Shown here piece after piece: positions 8,782 to 15,544 of a DNA stretch of 64,000 nucleotides. The position numbers and the translations under genes are program-made. The notes under the pieces were generated by a model. The model saw only the letters and a program-made list of their open reading frames with translations, searched no databases and was not told the DNA's origin. Origin of the DNA: a virus. Taxonomy: Duplodnaviria; Caudoviricetes. Within the stretch, counting starts at the first letter, position 1, and each line of letters starts with the position of its first letter. The stretch spans positions 32,001 through 96,000 of the IMG/VR virus record IMGVR_UViG_3300028833_000061; one strand, given 5' to 3'.

Positions 8782-9005
8782 CTTATTTCGTAGTATCCTA
8801 CCTTGTACATCCTGACAGACAGGTCAAGCCTGCAGTTGATCCTGTTGTATGTGTCGATACGGCTCCTCTCGTAACTATCAGGCTTTCCGGTAAACGGACC
8901 ATGACCAACATCGTATAATCCGTAGTCGAACAGGAAAGGATGCGCTCTGTTGTAGTTGAGAGCCTTCAGCATTCCACAATACTGTCGCTTGCCAAAATTG
9001 ATCAT
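8778..9005 (-). CDS. array small protein
   Basis: MINFGKRQY...RAHPFLFD...GKPDSYERSRI...IR*. Confidence 0.8.
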   Translation of the reverse strand: MINFGKRQYCGMLKALNYNRAHPFLFDYGLYDVGHGPFTGKPDSYERSRIDTYNRINCRLDLSVRMYKVGYYEIR

Positions 9006-9214
9006 CTGAACATGCGCAACGGTGTGCGGTAGATGTACTTAGGTTGACTGTAGCTATCGATAAGCCTTCTGTGCCGAAGCCTCTCGTCGTAAGGAGGATT
9101 GTACCTAACCATGAAGTATTCGCCATTCCGCGGGAATACGCTCTCGGGCTGCATGTTCTTCACGGCCGCCCTACGGTAGCACTCGACATGCCATCTGCGT
9201 ATAGTAAGACTCAT
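9002..9214 (-). CDS. array small protein (paralogue of 9211..9423)
   Basis: PESVFP...RYNPPYDER...FR*. Confidence 0.7.
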   Translation of the reverse strand: MSLTIRRWHVECYRRAAVKNMQPESVFPRNGEYFMVRYNPPYDERLRHRRLIDSYSQPKYIYRTPLRMFR

Positions 9215-9423
9215 ATCAGCATACTCCTGAAATCGAATCCGCGTATCCATCGTTCATGAGTATGGTGCTTGTTTGCCCCGTACACAATCTTCCGCTCCCT
9301 GTCGAACGGATTGTACCTCGAATACGCACATTTAAACTTCTTTGGAAACAGCGAATCGGGTTCTGCGCTTCCGCGCAGTTCCTTGAAGAAGTAATACCAC
9401 ATGTATCGGTATTCGCGTATCAT
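9211..9423 (-). CDS. array small protein
   Basis: MIREYRYMW...PDSLFP...RYNPFDRER. Confidence 0.7.
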   Translation of the reverse strand: MIREYRYMWYYFFKELRGSAEPDSLFPKKFKCAYSRYNPFDRERKIVYGANKHHTHERWIRGFDFRSMLI

Positions 9424-9674
9424 CTTAGATTATCCATGTTTACTCTAGAGTATCTGAATCTGCCAAATCTGCCGAGCTCGATCCGTCTGCTCTTGAAATA
9501 TCTAAGCTGTGTTCTTTCGCTGAACACCGGATCTTCCTCGAGTATCCAATGCCTTGACTCTGGAATCTCGAACATGTGTTTTAACTCAGGTGCAGGAATA
9601 AGGTCCTTGTTCCTGCTGTCGAAGTTGGCACCGCGAAGTCCTAGCTCGTAGCTTATCCTGCCGACGTGTATCAT
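9420..9674 (-). CDS. array small protein (paralogue of 9671..9919)
   Basis: MIHVGRISYELGL...RNK...LEEDPVFSER...LR*. Confidence 0.75.
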   Translation of the reverse strand: MIHVGRISYELGLRGANFDSRNKDLIPAPELKHMFEIPESRHWILEEDPVFSERTQLRYFKSRRIELGRFGRFRYSRVNMDNLR

Positions 9675-9919
9675 CGTATGTTCTCCGCGGATACTAGGAG
9701 TCCTCTTATGTTGGCCCGGTCCCAGCCACGCACTCTGAAAAGATAGTCTATGCGCTCCCTCTCGTGCCACACTGGATCTTCCTCCAACGGAAACGGTCCT
9801 CCGCCCCATATAGCATCTTCACCCAGCCCTTTTGGCTCAGGCATTACGCTCTTGTTCCTGCAGTTGTATACCGTGTCGCAGAGTCCCATGTCGTAGCTTT
9901 TTCTGCTTACTCCTATCAT
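9671..9919 (-). CDS. array small protein
   Basis: MIGVSRKSYDMGL...RNK...LEEDPVWHER...IR*. Confidence 0.75.
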   Translation of the reverse strand: MIGVSRKSYDMGLCDTVYNCRNKSVMPEPKGLGEDAIWGGGPFPLEEDPVWHERERIDYLFRVRGWDRANIRGLLVSAENIR

Positions 9920-10203
9920 CTGTATACCTCGAACTTTATGCCGTCCCTTCTGTGAAGAGCCCGGCTGATGCCGGCCGCTTCGAACAGCGCAATGCGCAAT
10001 CCGCTCATTGCATTGAGACAGTTCAGGTAGCCACGCACGCCCTTGGATATTCGATACATCTTGAACAGCTTCCTTTCGCTGTCGTCGACACAGCATCTGT
10101 ACGGGCCGTTGTCGACTGTACCGTTGATCTGGTTGTTGTAGGCGTCGTGCGCCAACTCGAGGCAGGTGTAGAACTTGTCCCTGTTCCAAATCTTGCTAAG
10201 CAT
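9916..10203 (-). CDS. array small protein
   Basis: MLSKIWNRDKFY...DDSERKLF...YR*. Confidence 0.6.
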   Translation of the reverse strand: MLSKIWNRDKFYTCLELAHDAYNNQINGTVDNGPYRCCVDDSERKLFKMYRISKGVRGYLNCLNAMSGLRIALFEAAGISRALHRRDGIKFEVYR

Positions 10204-10576
10204 CGTCTCTTCTCCCGTATCTGGACAAAAGCGCATACCAGTGCATGTTGGTTATCGTGCCAAGCGCGCATGCGCCCAGTTCCGGCAGCATGTCGTACAG
10301 CATCACGTCCTTGTACTTCTCATAGTAGTACTTGCGAGAGTAGTCTCCGTCAATCGGAGGATTCCACAAGGATCTCAGCCTGTGAAACCACGCGCACGCT
10401 CCGGGATAGTACGTCCTCTCAGAGTGCAATCCTAGCAGATCGACCACATCCACCTTGCGGCTGTACCACTCGCCTTCTCTGCCTGGATGCTGATACATGA
10501 ACGTCTGTGAGTTGTTCCTGAGTATCTTTAAATTTTCCCAGTCGACGTCGTACCTGCGCCTTGTGTACCCAAGCAT
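10196..10576 (-). CDS. array protein (longer member)
   Basis: MLGYTRRRY (compare MIGYTRPRY, MINYTRHKY)...HSERTY. Confidence 0.65.
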   Translation of the reverse strand: MLGYTRRRYDVDWENLKILRNNSQTFMYQHPGREGEWYSRKVDVVDLLGLHSERTYYPGACAWFHRLRSLWNPPIDGDYSRKYYYEKYKDVMLYDMLPELGACALGTITNMHWYALLSRYGRRDDA

Positions 10577-10998
10577 CAGCACAGCTCCTTCCACAAGTTT
10601 GTCCTGAATCTGAACAGCTTTTCAGTGAAGCTCGGCCGAAGTCCAGGCGTATACTGAAAGTCGTTCATCAGTGCGTTCACGAGCCTGGACATGTACGATG
10701 ACGGGCACGGCATAAGTCCAAGATGCCCGGCCTTTCTTCCTCTGCCATAGTCGTATTCGTCGAAGCAGCTGCTCGTGCAGAATCGCTCTTCGTCGATGTC
10801 CATAAATCCGGTAAGCTGATACGTGCTCACTGAATGGCAGTCACGAGGATCGAACGATCCAAAGTAGTTCGTGCCAAGCTGTATAACCGACATCCCGAAA
10901 TCGAACGACTGCCCCCTGAGAAGACATTCGTCGTGGAACAGCCGCACGCAGGCCATGTCTGAAACAGTCTTCCAGTAGAGTTGTCTTTTGTTCCTCAT
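10576..10998 (-). CDS. first ORF of the array (longer member)
   Basis: MRNKRQLYW...DIDEERF; stop overlaps the next start. Confidence 0.6.
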   Translation of the reverse strand: MRNKRQLYWKTVSDMACVRLFHDECLLRGQSFDFGMSVIQLGTNYFGSFDPRDCHSVSTYQLTGFMDIDEERFCTSSCFDEYDYGRGRKAGHLGLMPCPSSYMSRLVNALMNDFQYTPGLRPSFTEKLFRFRTNLWKELC

Positions 10999-11006
10999 TG
11001 TGAAAA

Positions 11007-11130
11007 GCAATCAGGGCCCGAGGATCGGCTCTAACGATCATCTCGGCTCCCAAGACGTGTTTTTAGTTCCAGGCGCCACCCATTAAGACGCCTGCCCACA
11101 CGGGCTTTAAACTACACGGGCCCTGATTGC
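11007..11130 (-). ncRNA. putative structured RNA closed by a perfect 14 bp terminal stem
   Basis: GCAATCAGGGCCCG...CGGGCCCTGATTGC; internal hairpins GCCC/GGGC, CAGGCG/CGCCTG and GATCG-TTAGAGC-CGATC. Confidence 0.55.
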
Positions 11131-11133
11131 AAA

Positions 11134-11207
11134 TGGAGCGACGTGCGGGAGTCGAACCCGCCTGACTAGCTTGGAAGGCTAGGACCCAGCCGCTAGGCCA
11201 ACGTCGC
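11134..11207 (-). tRNA. tRNA-Gly(TCC)
   Basis: cloverleaf; anticodon arm CTAGC-CT-TCC-AA-GCTAG; GGTTCGACTCC T-arm; encoded CCA. Confidence 0.93.
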
Positions 11208-12324
11208 ACTGTGTTTTGTTAATAGCCGCCGCTTCTCGTCTGCGCTTTCTGCCGAATTTGTTTCGACCCATCCATGTTGGAGATTGCGAGTCGCAGTTTG
11301 GACAGACAAGCCGGATATTTTCAATGACGTTATTATCGGCGTTTCCGTCGATGTGGTCAACTATAAGCGTCAAGTGCTTGCCGTTCCATTTGCTCCTTCC
11401 GCATATTGCGCATTTGTATCCGCTTGTTCTAGATATATAAAGAACAACTTCTTCACGCTTTATCTCCTGTCCTTGTTTGCTGAAGTATCCTCTTTCCTCT
11501 ACTTCCTGTATAACAATTTTCTTTTTATATTCATTGCAACACGCATGTGAACAGAATTTTTGGTCGCTATAGTGTTTTTTGCGTACAAATTCTTTTCCGC
11601 AATTAAGACATGTCAAGTGAGCCTTTTCAAATCTATCACTTAACAACTTTGAGGCACATGCACGAGAGCAACATACTTGCTCACATCCTCTGCTAAATGT
11701 TCTCTTTTTAAATGTTTTTCCGCATACAGGACATGTTCTAACTAGATCAGGGCGCCGTATTCTCCAGTCAACAATCTTTTTATGGCGTTGTTTCATAGTT
11801 TCACTAAGAACTTTACCCCAGCACTTCGAAGAACAATAAGTCTGACGTACCCGGCCATGAAAACTCTTTCCGCAAACTGGGCATATTTTATACAGACGCT
11901 TTCCTTTACATGCACATCTATGGCTACAGTATATGTGTCCTTCCTGGCTGATTTTTCTTTTATAAGCCAGTTTTCCTTTTGTTACGAAGAACTTTTTACC
12001 ACATGTCGGGCAAGTTACTTCTACCCGTGCTGCGTTTTTTCTTGCTTTGCATCCGCATTTTGGACTGCAATACACATGGCCACCTACGTTATTTTTGATA
12101 GATACTTTCAGCTTTCGTGCAGATATTAGAAACTTTTTACCACAGGTGTGGCACACAGCTTCTACGGTGGCTGCAATTTTTTTAGCTTTGCCAACACATG
12201 CTCTGCTGCAATATACGAAGCCACCAGCATTTCTTGTGGCCGCGCGTTTAAGTTTTTGCTTTTCTATCAGAAACAACTTGCCACAGGTGTGGCACGTAGC
12301 TTCTACGAAGTTATTTCCACCCAT
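11179..12324 (-). CDS. HNH endonuclease with ~6 N-terminal CxxC...(Y/F/C)CSxxC zinc-finger (TRASH-like) repeats; probable free-standing homing endonuclease
   Basis: C-terminal LIVDHIDGNADNNVIENIRLVCPNCDSQ; repeated VEAxCHTCGKxF...YCS modules; visibly AT-richer than the flanks; lies between tRNA genes. Confidence 0.88.
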   Translation of the reverse strand: MGGNNFVEATCHTCGKLFLIEKQKLKRAATRNAGGFVYCSRACVGKAKKIAATVEAVCHTCGKKFLISARKLKVSIKNNVGGHVYCSPKCGCKARKNAARVEVTCPTCGKKFFVTKGKLAYKRKISQEGHIYCSHRCACKGKRLYKICPVCGKSFHGRVRQTYCSSKCWGKVLSETMKQRHKKIVDWRIRRPDLVRTCPVCGKTFKKRTFSRGCEQVCCSRACASKLLSDRFEKAHLTCLNCGKEFVRKKHYSDQKFCSHACCNEYKKKIVIQEVEERGYFSKQGQEIKREEVVLYISRTSGYKCAICGRSKWNGKHLTLIVDHIDGNADNNVIENIRLVCPNCDSQSPTWMGRNKFGRKRRREAAAINKTQCDVGLAAGS

Positions 12325-12355
12325 TGCTTAGATTGAAACATTGGTTGAAAAACTA

Positions 12356-12428
12356 TGGAGTCTATGGGAGTCGAACCCATTAAAACCTGCGTGCAAGGCA
12401 GGCGCACCAACCGCTATGCGCAGACCCC
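12356..12428 (-). tRNA. tRNA-Ala(TGC)
   Basis: anticodon arm CCTGC-CT-TGC-AC-GCAGG; G3:U70 Ala identity pair present. Confidence 0.92.
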
Positions 12429-12434
12429 GTAAGA

Positions 12435-12519
12435 TGGCTCCAGAGACAGGACTCGAACCTGTAGTTGCTTTCGCCACGGATTAACAATCCGCTGCCATAC
12501 CAATTAGGCTGACTCTGGA
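12435..12519 (-). tRNA. tRNA-Asn(GTT) with long variable arm
   Basis: CGGA-TT-GTT-AA-TCCG; extra arm GGCGAAAGCAAC; G73 and CCA. Confidence 0.9.
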
Positions 12520-12537
12520 ATAGGTGGAACGGCGCCT

Positions 12538-12565
12538 ATAGTATCACAGCGCCGTATCCAGTCAA
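12538..12565 (-). promoter_or_regulatory. sigma70-like promoter for the tRNA/HNH/array transcript
   Basis: TTGACT-16-TACTAT with extended -10 TG; -10 lies inside a CGGCGC/GCGCCG inverted repeat. Confidence 0.65.
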
Positions 12566-12669
12566 CTACTTTCTGTGATCCTTGCCGTCGCAGCCGAGCG
12601 CCACAATAAGCGCAACGACCATACCGACGACGACTATCACGTAGACTGCTACATCGTGCATCGCTTCTT

Positions 12670-12891
12670 TTATACTTCGGACATGCGATTGACGTCGTCG
12701 ATCAGAGCGCCTATAGCCACCAGAAGATATCTCACGAACGTAGCATCCGTGCACTTGTTGCCGTGGCTTTCAAGATACGCACGTGCTTCCGTTAGCATGT
12801 CGTATGCCTTGGACGACGCTACGTACCGAAGGTTCTTCTCTGTGAAGAACTTCGTCAGAGTGTCGTAGGCCTTCTTTGTGTCCTCATCCAC
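12670..12891 (-). CDS. hypothetical protein
   Basis: 73 aa ORF with GAGGAGG upstream. Confidence 0.55.
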   Translation of the reverse strand: MDEDTKKAYDTLTKFFTEKNLRYVASSKAYDMLTEARAYLESHGNKCTDATFVRYLLVAIGALIDDVNRMSEV

Positions 12892-12935
12892 GAGAGATCC
12901 TCCTCTTCGTCGTACATTTCCTCGTCAACTTCCAT

Positions 12936-13742
12936 CTAGACCTCCACGACTGTATTGTACCAGTGAGACGTGTCAAGCACTTCCGGGAACTTGTCCGGAT
13001 AGCCCCAGGTCATACCGTGATATCCGACAGCGTTGCGAATATAACGAACTCCGTCGATGGTCTGGTCATCGAATCCGTGCGAGTGTCCCCAGATCCAGAG
13101 ATCCGGCTTCAGGTCGGTGAACGAATCGTCACACACGCAATACGTAGCGTTAAGGCCGAAGTACTTGCCATCGGCAGAGATCTCGTCAGCATATCGATCT
13201 GATATAAGCTCCTTCCGAGGGCCGGTATGCGTAACAATGACTCGCTTTAGGCCTTCGTACTGTGCATACTTGTCCCGGATCCACTTGGCGCATTCCCTGA
13301 AGTATTCGGTCTGCGTCCTTGCCGACCATCCCTTGATCCAGTTGAAGTCGTTCATACCCTGCTCGACGATCCAGCCGTCACGTTCGTTTATGTCCAGAGG
13401 CGCCCAGGCCGACACGCCGAATATCGCGACATCTCCGTCGACGACATCAATGTACTTGGCATCCTTCGCCTTAGGCGCCTTATTCTGGTTAGCGAACCGC
13501 ATAACCGTGTTGTTTCCCCACAGATCGTGGTTGCCCTCGATGGCCAGGACGTCCTTGAACTTGTCGGATGTCCTCTCCTTGAGCTCCTTGTACACCTTTT
13601 CCCAGGTGCTCTTAAGCCCGAGGTCGCCTGCAACCACAAGATAGTCCGCAGGCTCCAGCTGGTCAGGATCGAATGTCTCCCATACGACCTTTCCTGCCTT
13701 AAGATTGTTCCTGTGTATGTCCGATATGATGTTAAGTCTCAT
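12936..13742 (-). CDS. calcineurin-like metallophosphoesterase
   Basis: ISDIH, AGDLG, GNHD, VTH, WGHSH motifs. Confidence 0.9.
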   Translation of the reverse strand: MRLNIISDIHRNNLKAGKVVWETFDPDQLEPADYLVVAGDLGLKSTWEKVYKELKERTSDKFKDVLAIEGNHDLWGNNTVMRFANQNKAPKAKDAKYIDVVDGDVAIFGVSAWAPLDINERDGWIVEQGMNDFNWIKGWSARTQTEYFRECAKWIRDKYAQYEGLKRVIVTHTGPRKELISDRYADEISADGKYFGLNATYCVCDDSFTDLKPDLWIWGHSHGFDDQTIDGVRYIRNAVGYHGMTWGYPDKFPEVLDTSHWYNTVVEV

Positions 13743-13842
13743 TTACATTCTCCATGGCTTTGGCTTCATCTGTTGTTTATCCAGGCGATCACGCAGATAG
13801 CGGTGCAGAGGCATGCCAAGCCAAACACGTCAGGCCAGCTCA

Positions 13843-14652
13843 TCACCACGAACTCACGTACCTGAAGTCCCAATCGTCGAAATTGGGATCCTGCAGGATG
13901 TCCCTAACTATCTCAATCGTCCGGTTTACGTCCTCGAAGTATCCCCAGTTATACGCCGTCATTCCGAAGAAGAAACCTTCTGCCGTAGGAAAGACACTAT
14001 CCAGATCGCGAACGTATGGAGAGTCCTTTGGCAACATGAATTCAAAGTCTGCTTCTTGCTCGTCAACCTGCTTGAGAGGATCGTACTCCTTGTACGCGTG
14101 CTCCCTGATGGCTGGAGTGTCGATGGCCGACTTGAATATGTCGTGTGCCCTTTCGAGCGCCTGCAGCAGCTTCTGGAAGTCGTCCCTCGTGATGTGCCTG
14201 GACGGCTGGCACTGGTCGACCCCGTTCTGGCAGTTCTTTACGAACCACGCATGCAAGGCGTTGAACTTGCGCCAGTATGCGAATTCGTTGTCGTAGATAA
14301 GGCTGATGGCCTCAGAGACCGGATTGCACTTGTATATGTCCTTGCAATCCAGCTTGATTACGACCACACCGTCCATGTTCTCCCTGCTTGTGACGTCCCA
14401 CATAAAGTCTCCGATATGTTCTTTATACATGTTCCTTAGGATGGTCCTGGCCTCCGATCGGATGCGCCTGTCTATCTCGAGATCGTTCTCTGTCTCGCAG
14501 TAGAACTTCTCTGGAATACGCACCGTTATCTCCACCGGTCCTTCATCGATAAGGACATCGCTGTCTTCGTCATCTCCGAAATCCGCGTCTATAGTCAGAT
14601 TCGGATCGATCATTCCCTTCGGCACTCTGCCGAGAGTCATGTCTAGTCCCAT
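13843..14652 (-). CDS. conserved phage hypothetical protein (YWRKxNALHxWF family)
   Basis: MGLDM start; FAYWRKFNALHAWFV; FPTAEGFFFG; C-terminal YVSSW. Confidence 0.75.
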   Translation of the reverse strand: MGLDMTLGRVPKGMIDPNLTIDADFGDDEDSDVLIDEGPVEITVRIPEKFYCETENDLEIDRRIRSEARTILRNMYKEHIGDFMWDVTSRENMDGVVVIKLDCKDIYKCNPVSEAISLIYDNEFAYWRKFNALHAWFVKNCQNGVDQCQPSRHITRDDFQKLLQALERAHDIFKSAIDTPAIREHAYKEYDPLKQVDEQEADFEFMLPKDSPYVRDLDSVFPTAEGFFFGMTAYNWGYFEDVNRTIEIVRDILQDPNFDDWDFRYVSSW

Positions 14653-14666
14653 GATTTTCTCCTTTG

Positions 14667-14876
14667 CTACCAAGCGTCTCTCTGGTCCCAGTCATCGCCG
14701 GAACCAGAAATCAGATCGAACAGAAGCATCGTGATCAGCATTGCCAATATAGCAGGCCATGCCATGGCGAAGCCGAGCAGATGAAGCATCTTTCTACGGT
14801 CGCTCCACCATAGGAACAGCCCTATAACGGCCAGTCCTATGATGAAATACGCTACTGCAATCAGCAGGTATGTCAT
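14667..14876 (-). CDS. small membrane protein
   Basis: two hydrophobic segments; start MTYLL. Confidence 0.55.
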   Translation of the reverse strand: MTYLLIAVAYFIIGLAVIGLFLWWSDRRKMLHLLGFAMAWPAILAMLITMLLFDLISGSGDDWDQRDAW

Positions 14877-14891
14877 TTGTGTCCTTTCAAA

Positions 14892-14975
14892 TGGTGGGCA
14901 AGGCGGGAGTCGGACCCGCACGGGTTTCCCCACATGATCCTAAGTCATGCGTGTCTGCCATTCCACCACATGCCC
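14892..14975 (-). tRNA. tRNA-Leu(TAG)
   Basis: CATGA-CT-TAG-GA-TCATG; long variable arm; CCA. Confidence 0.92.
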
Positions 14976-15215
14976 TTGGTGTTCAGAACCGTTCTCTTTG
15001 GACAGGTCAGTCCTATTCAGACGGTCATATTCAATTGCATATTTGAGATAGCGGTTGAGTGCAGTGTCAAGCTCTTTAAGCAGCTTGTCATCAGGCTCTT
15101 CGGTCGTAGGCTGCGCCTGCCATATCTTAAGGATGGCAGCATAGATGTCTGCATTCAGCTGCCCACCAGGTCCGAGAAGCTCTTCAAGCTCTTCATTGCG
15201 TTTCTTGACTTCCAT
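14940..15215 (-). CDS. hypothetical protein; 3' end overlaps tRNA-Leu
   Basis: MEVKKRNEELEELL..., helical. Confidence 0.5.
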   Translation of the reverse strand: MEVKKRNEELEELLGPGGQLNADIYAAILKIWQAQPTTEEPDDKLLKELDTALNRYLKYAIEYDRLNRTDLSKENGSEHQGHVVEWQTRMT

Positions 15216-15227
15216 CGTCTTTAAAAA

Positions 15228-15304
15228 TGGTGTCCCAGAGAGGATTCGAACCTCCGACAAGCAGTGTAGGAGACTGCTGCTCTGTCCAGCTGAGCTACTG
15301 GGAC
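15228..15304 (-). tRNA. tRNA-Arg(CCT)
   Basis: GCAGT-CT-CCT-AC-ACTGC; canonical D and T arms; CCA. Confidence 0.93.
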
Positions 15305-15310
15305 TTTATT

Positions 15311-15544
15311 CTATTCCTCGTACTCCACCCAGGTTATCGTAGATCGTCCGTTCTGGCCGTTCTCGATGCAGATCTCATAGTCTCCAACGTCCGCATCCTC
15401 ATCGTTCTCGTAACTCTCCTGGAGCTCCTTCCACGCATCATCAAGTCCCTTCCTTGTAGTATACGGGCCTGAAACCGTGTTGACCTCTCCGACGAACTCA
15501 CTGGAGTACGTTACGCACTCCACGATCAAATACTTCACAGCCAT
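15311..15544 (-). CDS. hypothetical acidic protein
   Basis: 77 aa ORF in the gene chain. Confidence 0.6.
   Translation of the reverse strand: MAVKYLIVECVTYSSEFVGEVNTVSGPYTTRKGLDDAWKELQESYENDEDADVGDYEICIENGQNGRSTITWVEYEE

Larger units (their letters stand above)
3219..10998 (-). other. tandem array of ~32 small divergent paralogous ORFs (MIxxxR...PxxxER...[FYIL][KR]-stop)
   Basis: contiguous 58-140 aa ORFs, mostly joined by ATGA start/stop overlaps, with shared motifs and recognisable recent duplicate pairs. Confidence 0.85.

Noticed and set aside
3219-10998. Array as a CRISPR, integron cassette array or DGR target
   Set aside because: No identical direct repeats, no attC-like palindromes between ORFs (they overlap), no integrase or reverse transcriptase in the window, and no adenine-specific template/variable repeat pair seen.
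3219-10998. Stop-codon reassignment (TGA read-through) explaining the short ORFs
   Set aside because: Successive ORFs are in different frames (ATGA overlap), each restarts with a conserved MI motif, conserved genes elsewhere end properly at TGA, TAG or TAA, and no suppressor tRNA was found.
11007-11130. A 15th tRNA or tmRNA
   Set aside because: No anticodon arm, no CCA end, and too short with no tag reading frame for tmRNA.
11179-12324. Group I intron or intein hosting the HNH
   Set aside because: The flanking tRNA genes are intact and only ~30 nt separate the ORF from tRNA-Ala, leaving no room for an intron core; no host protein is split.
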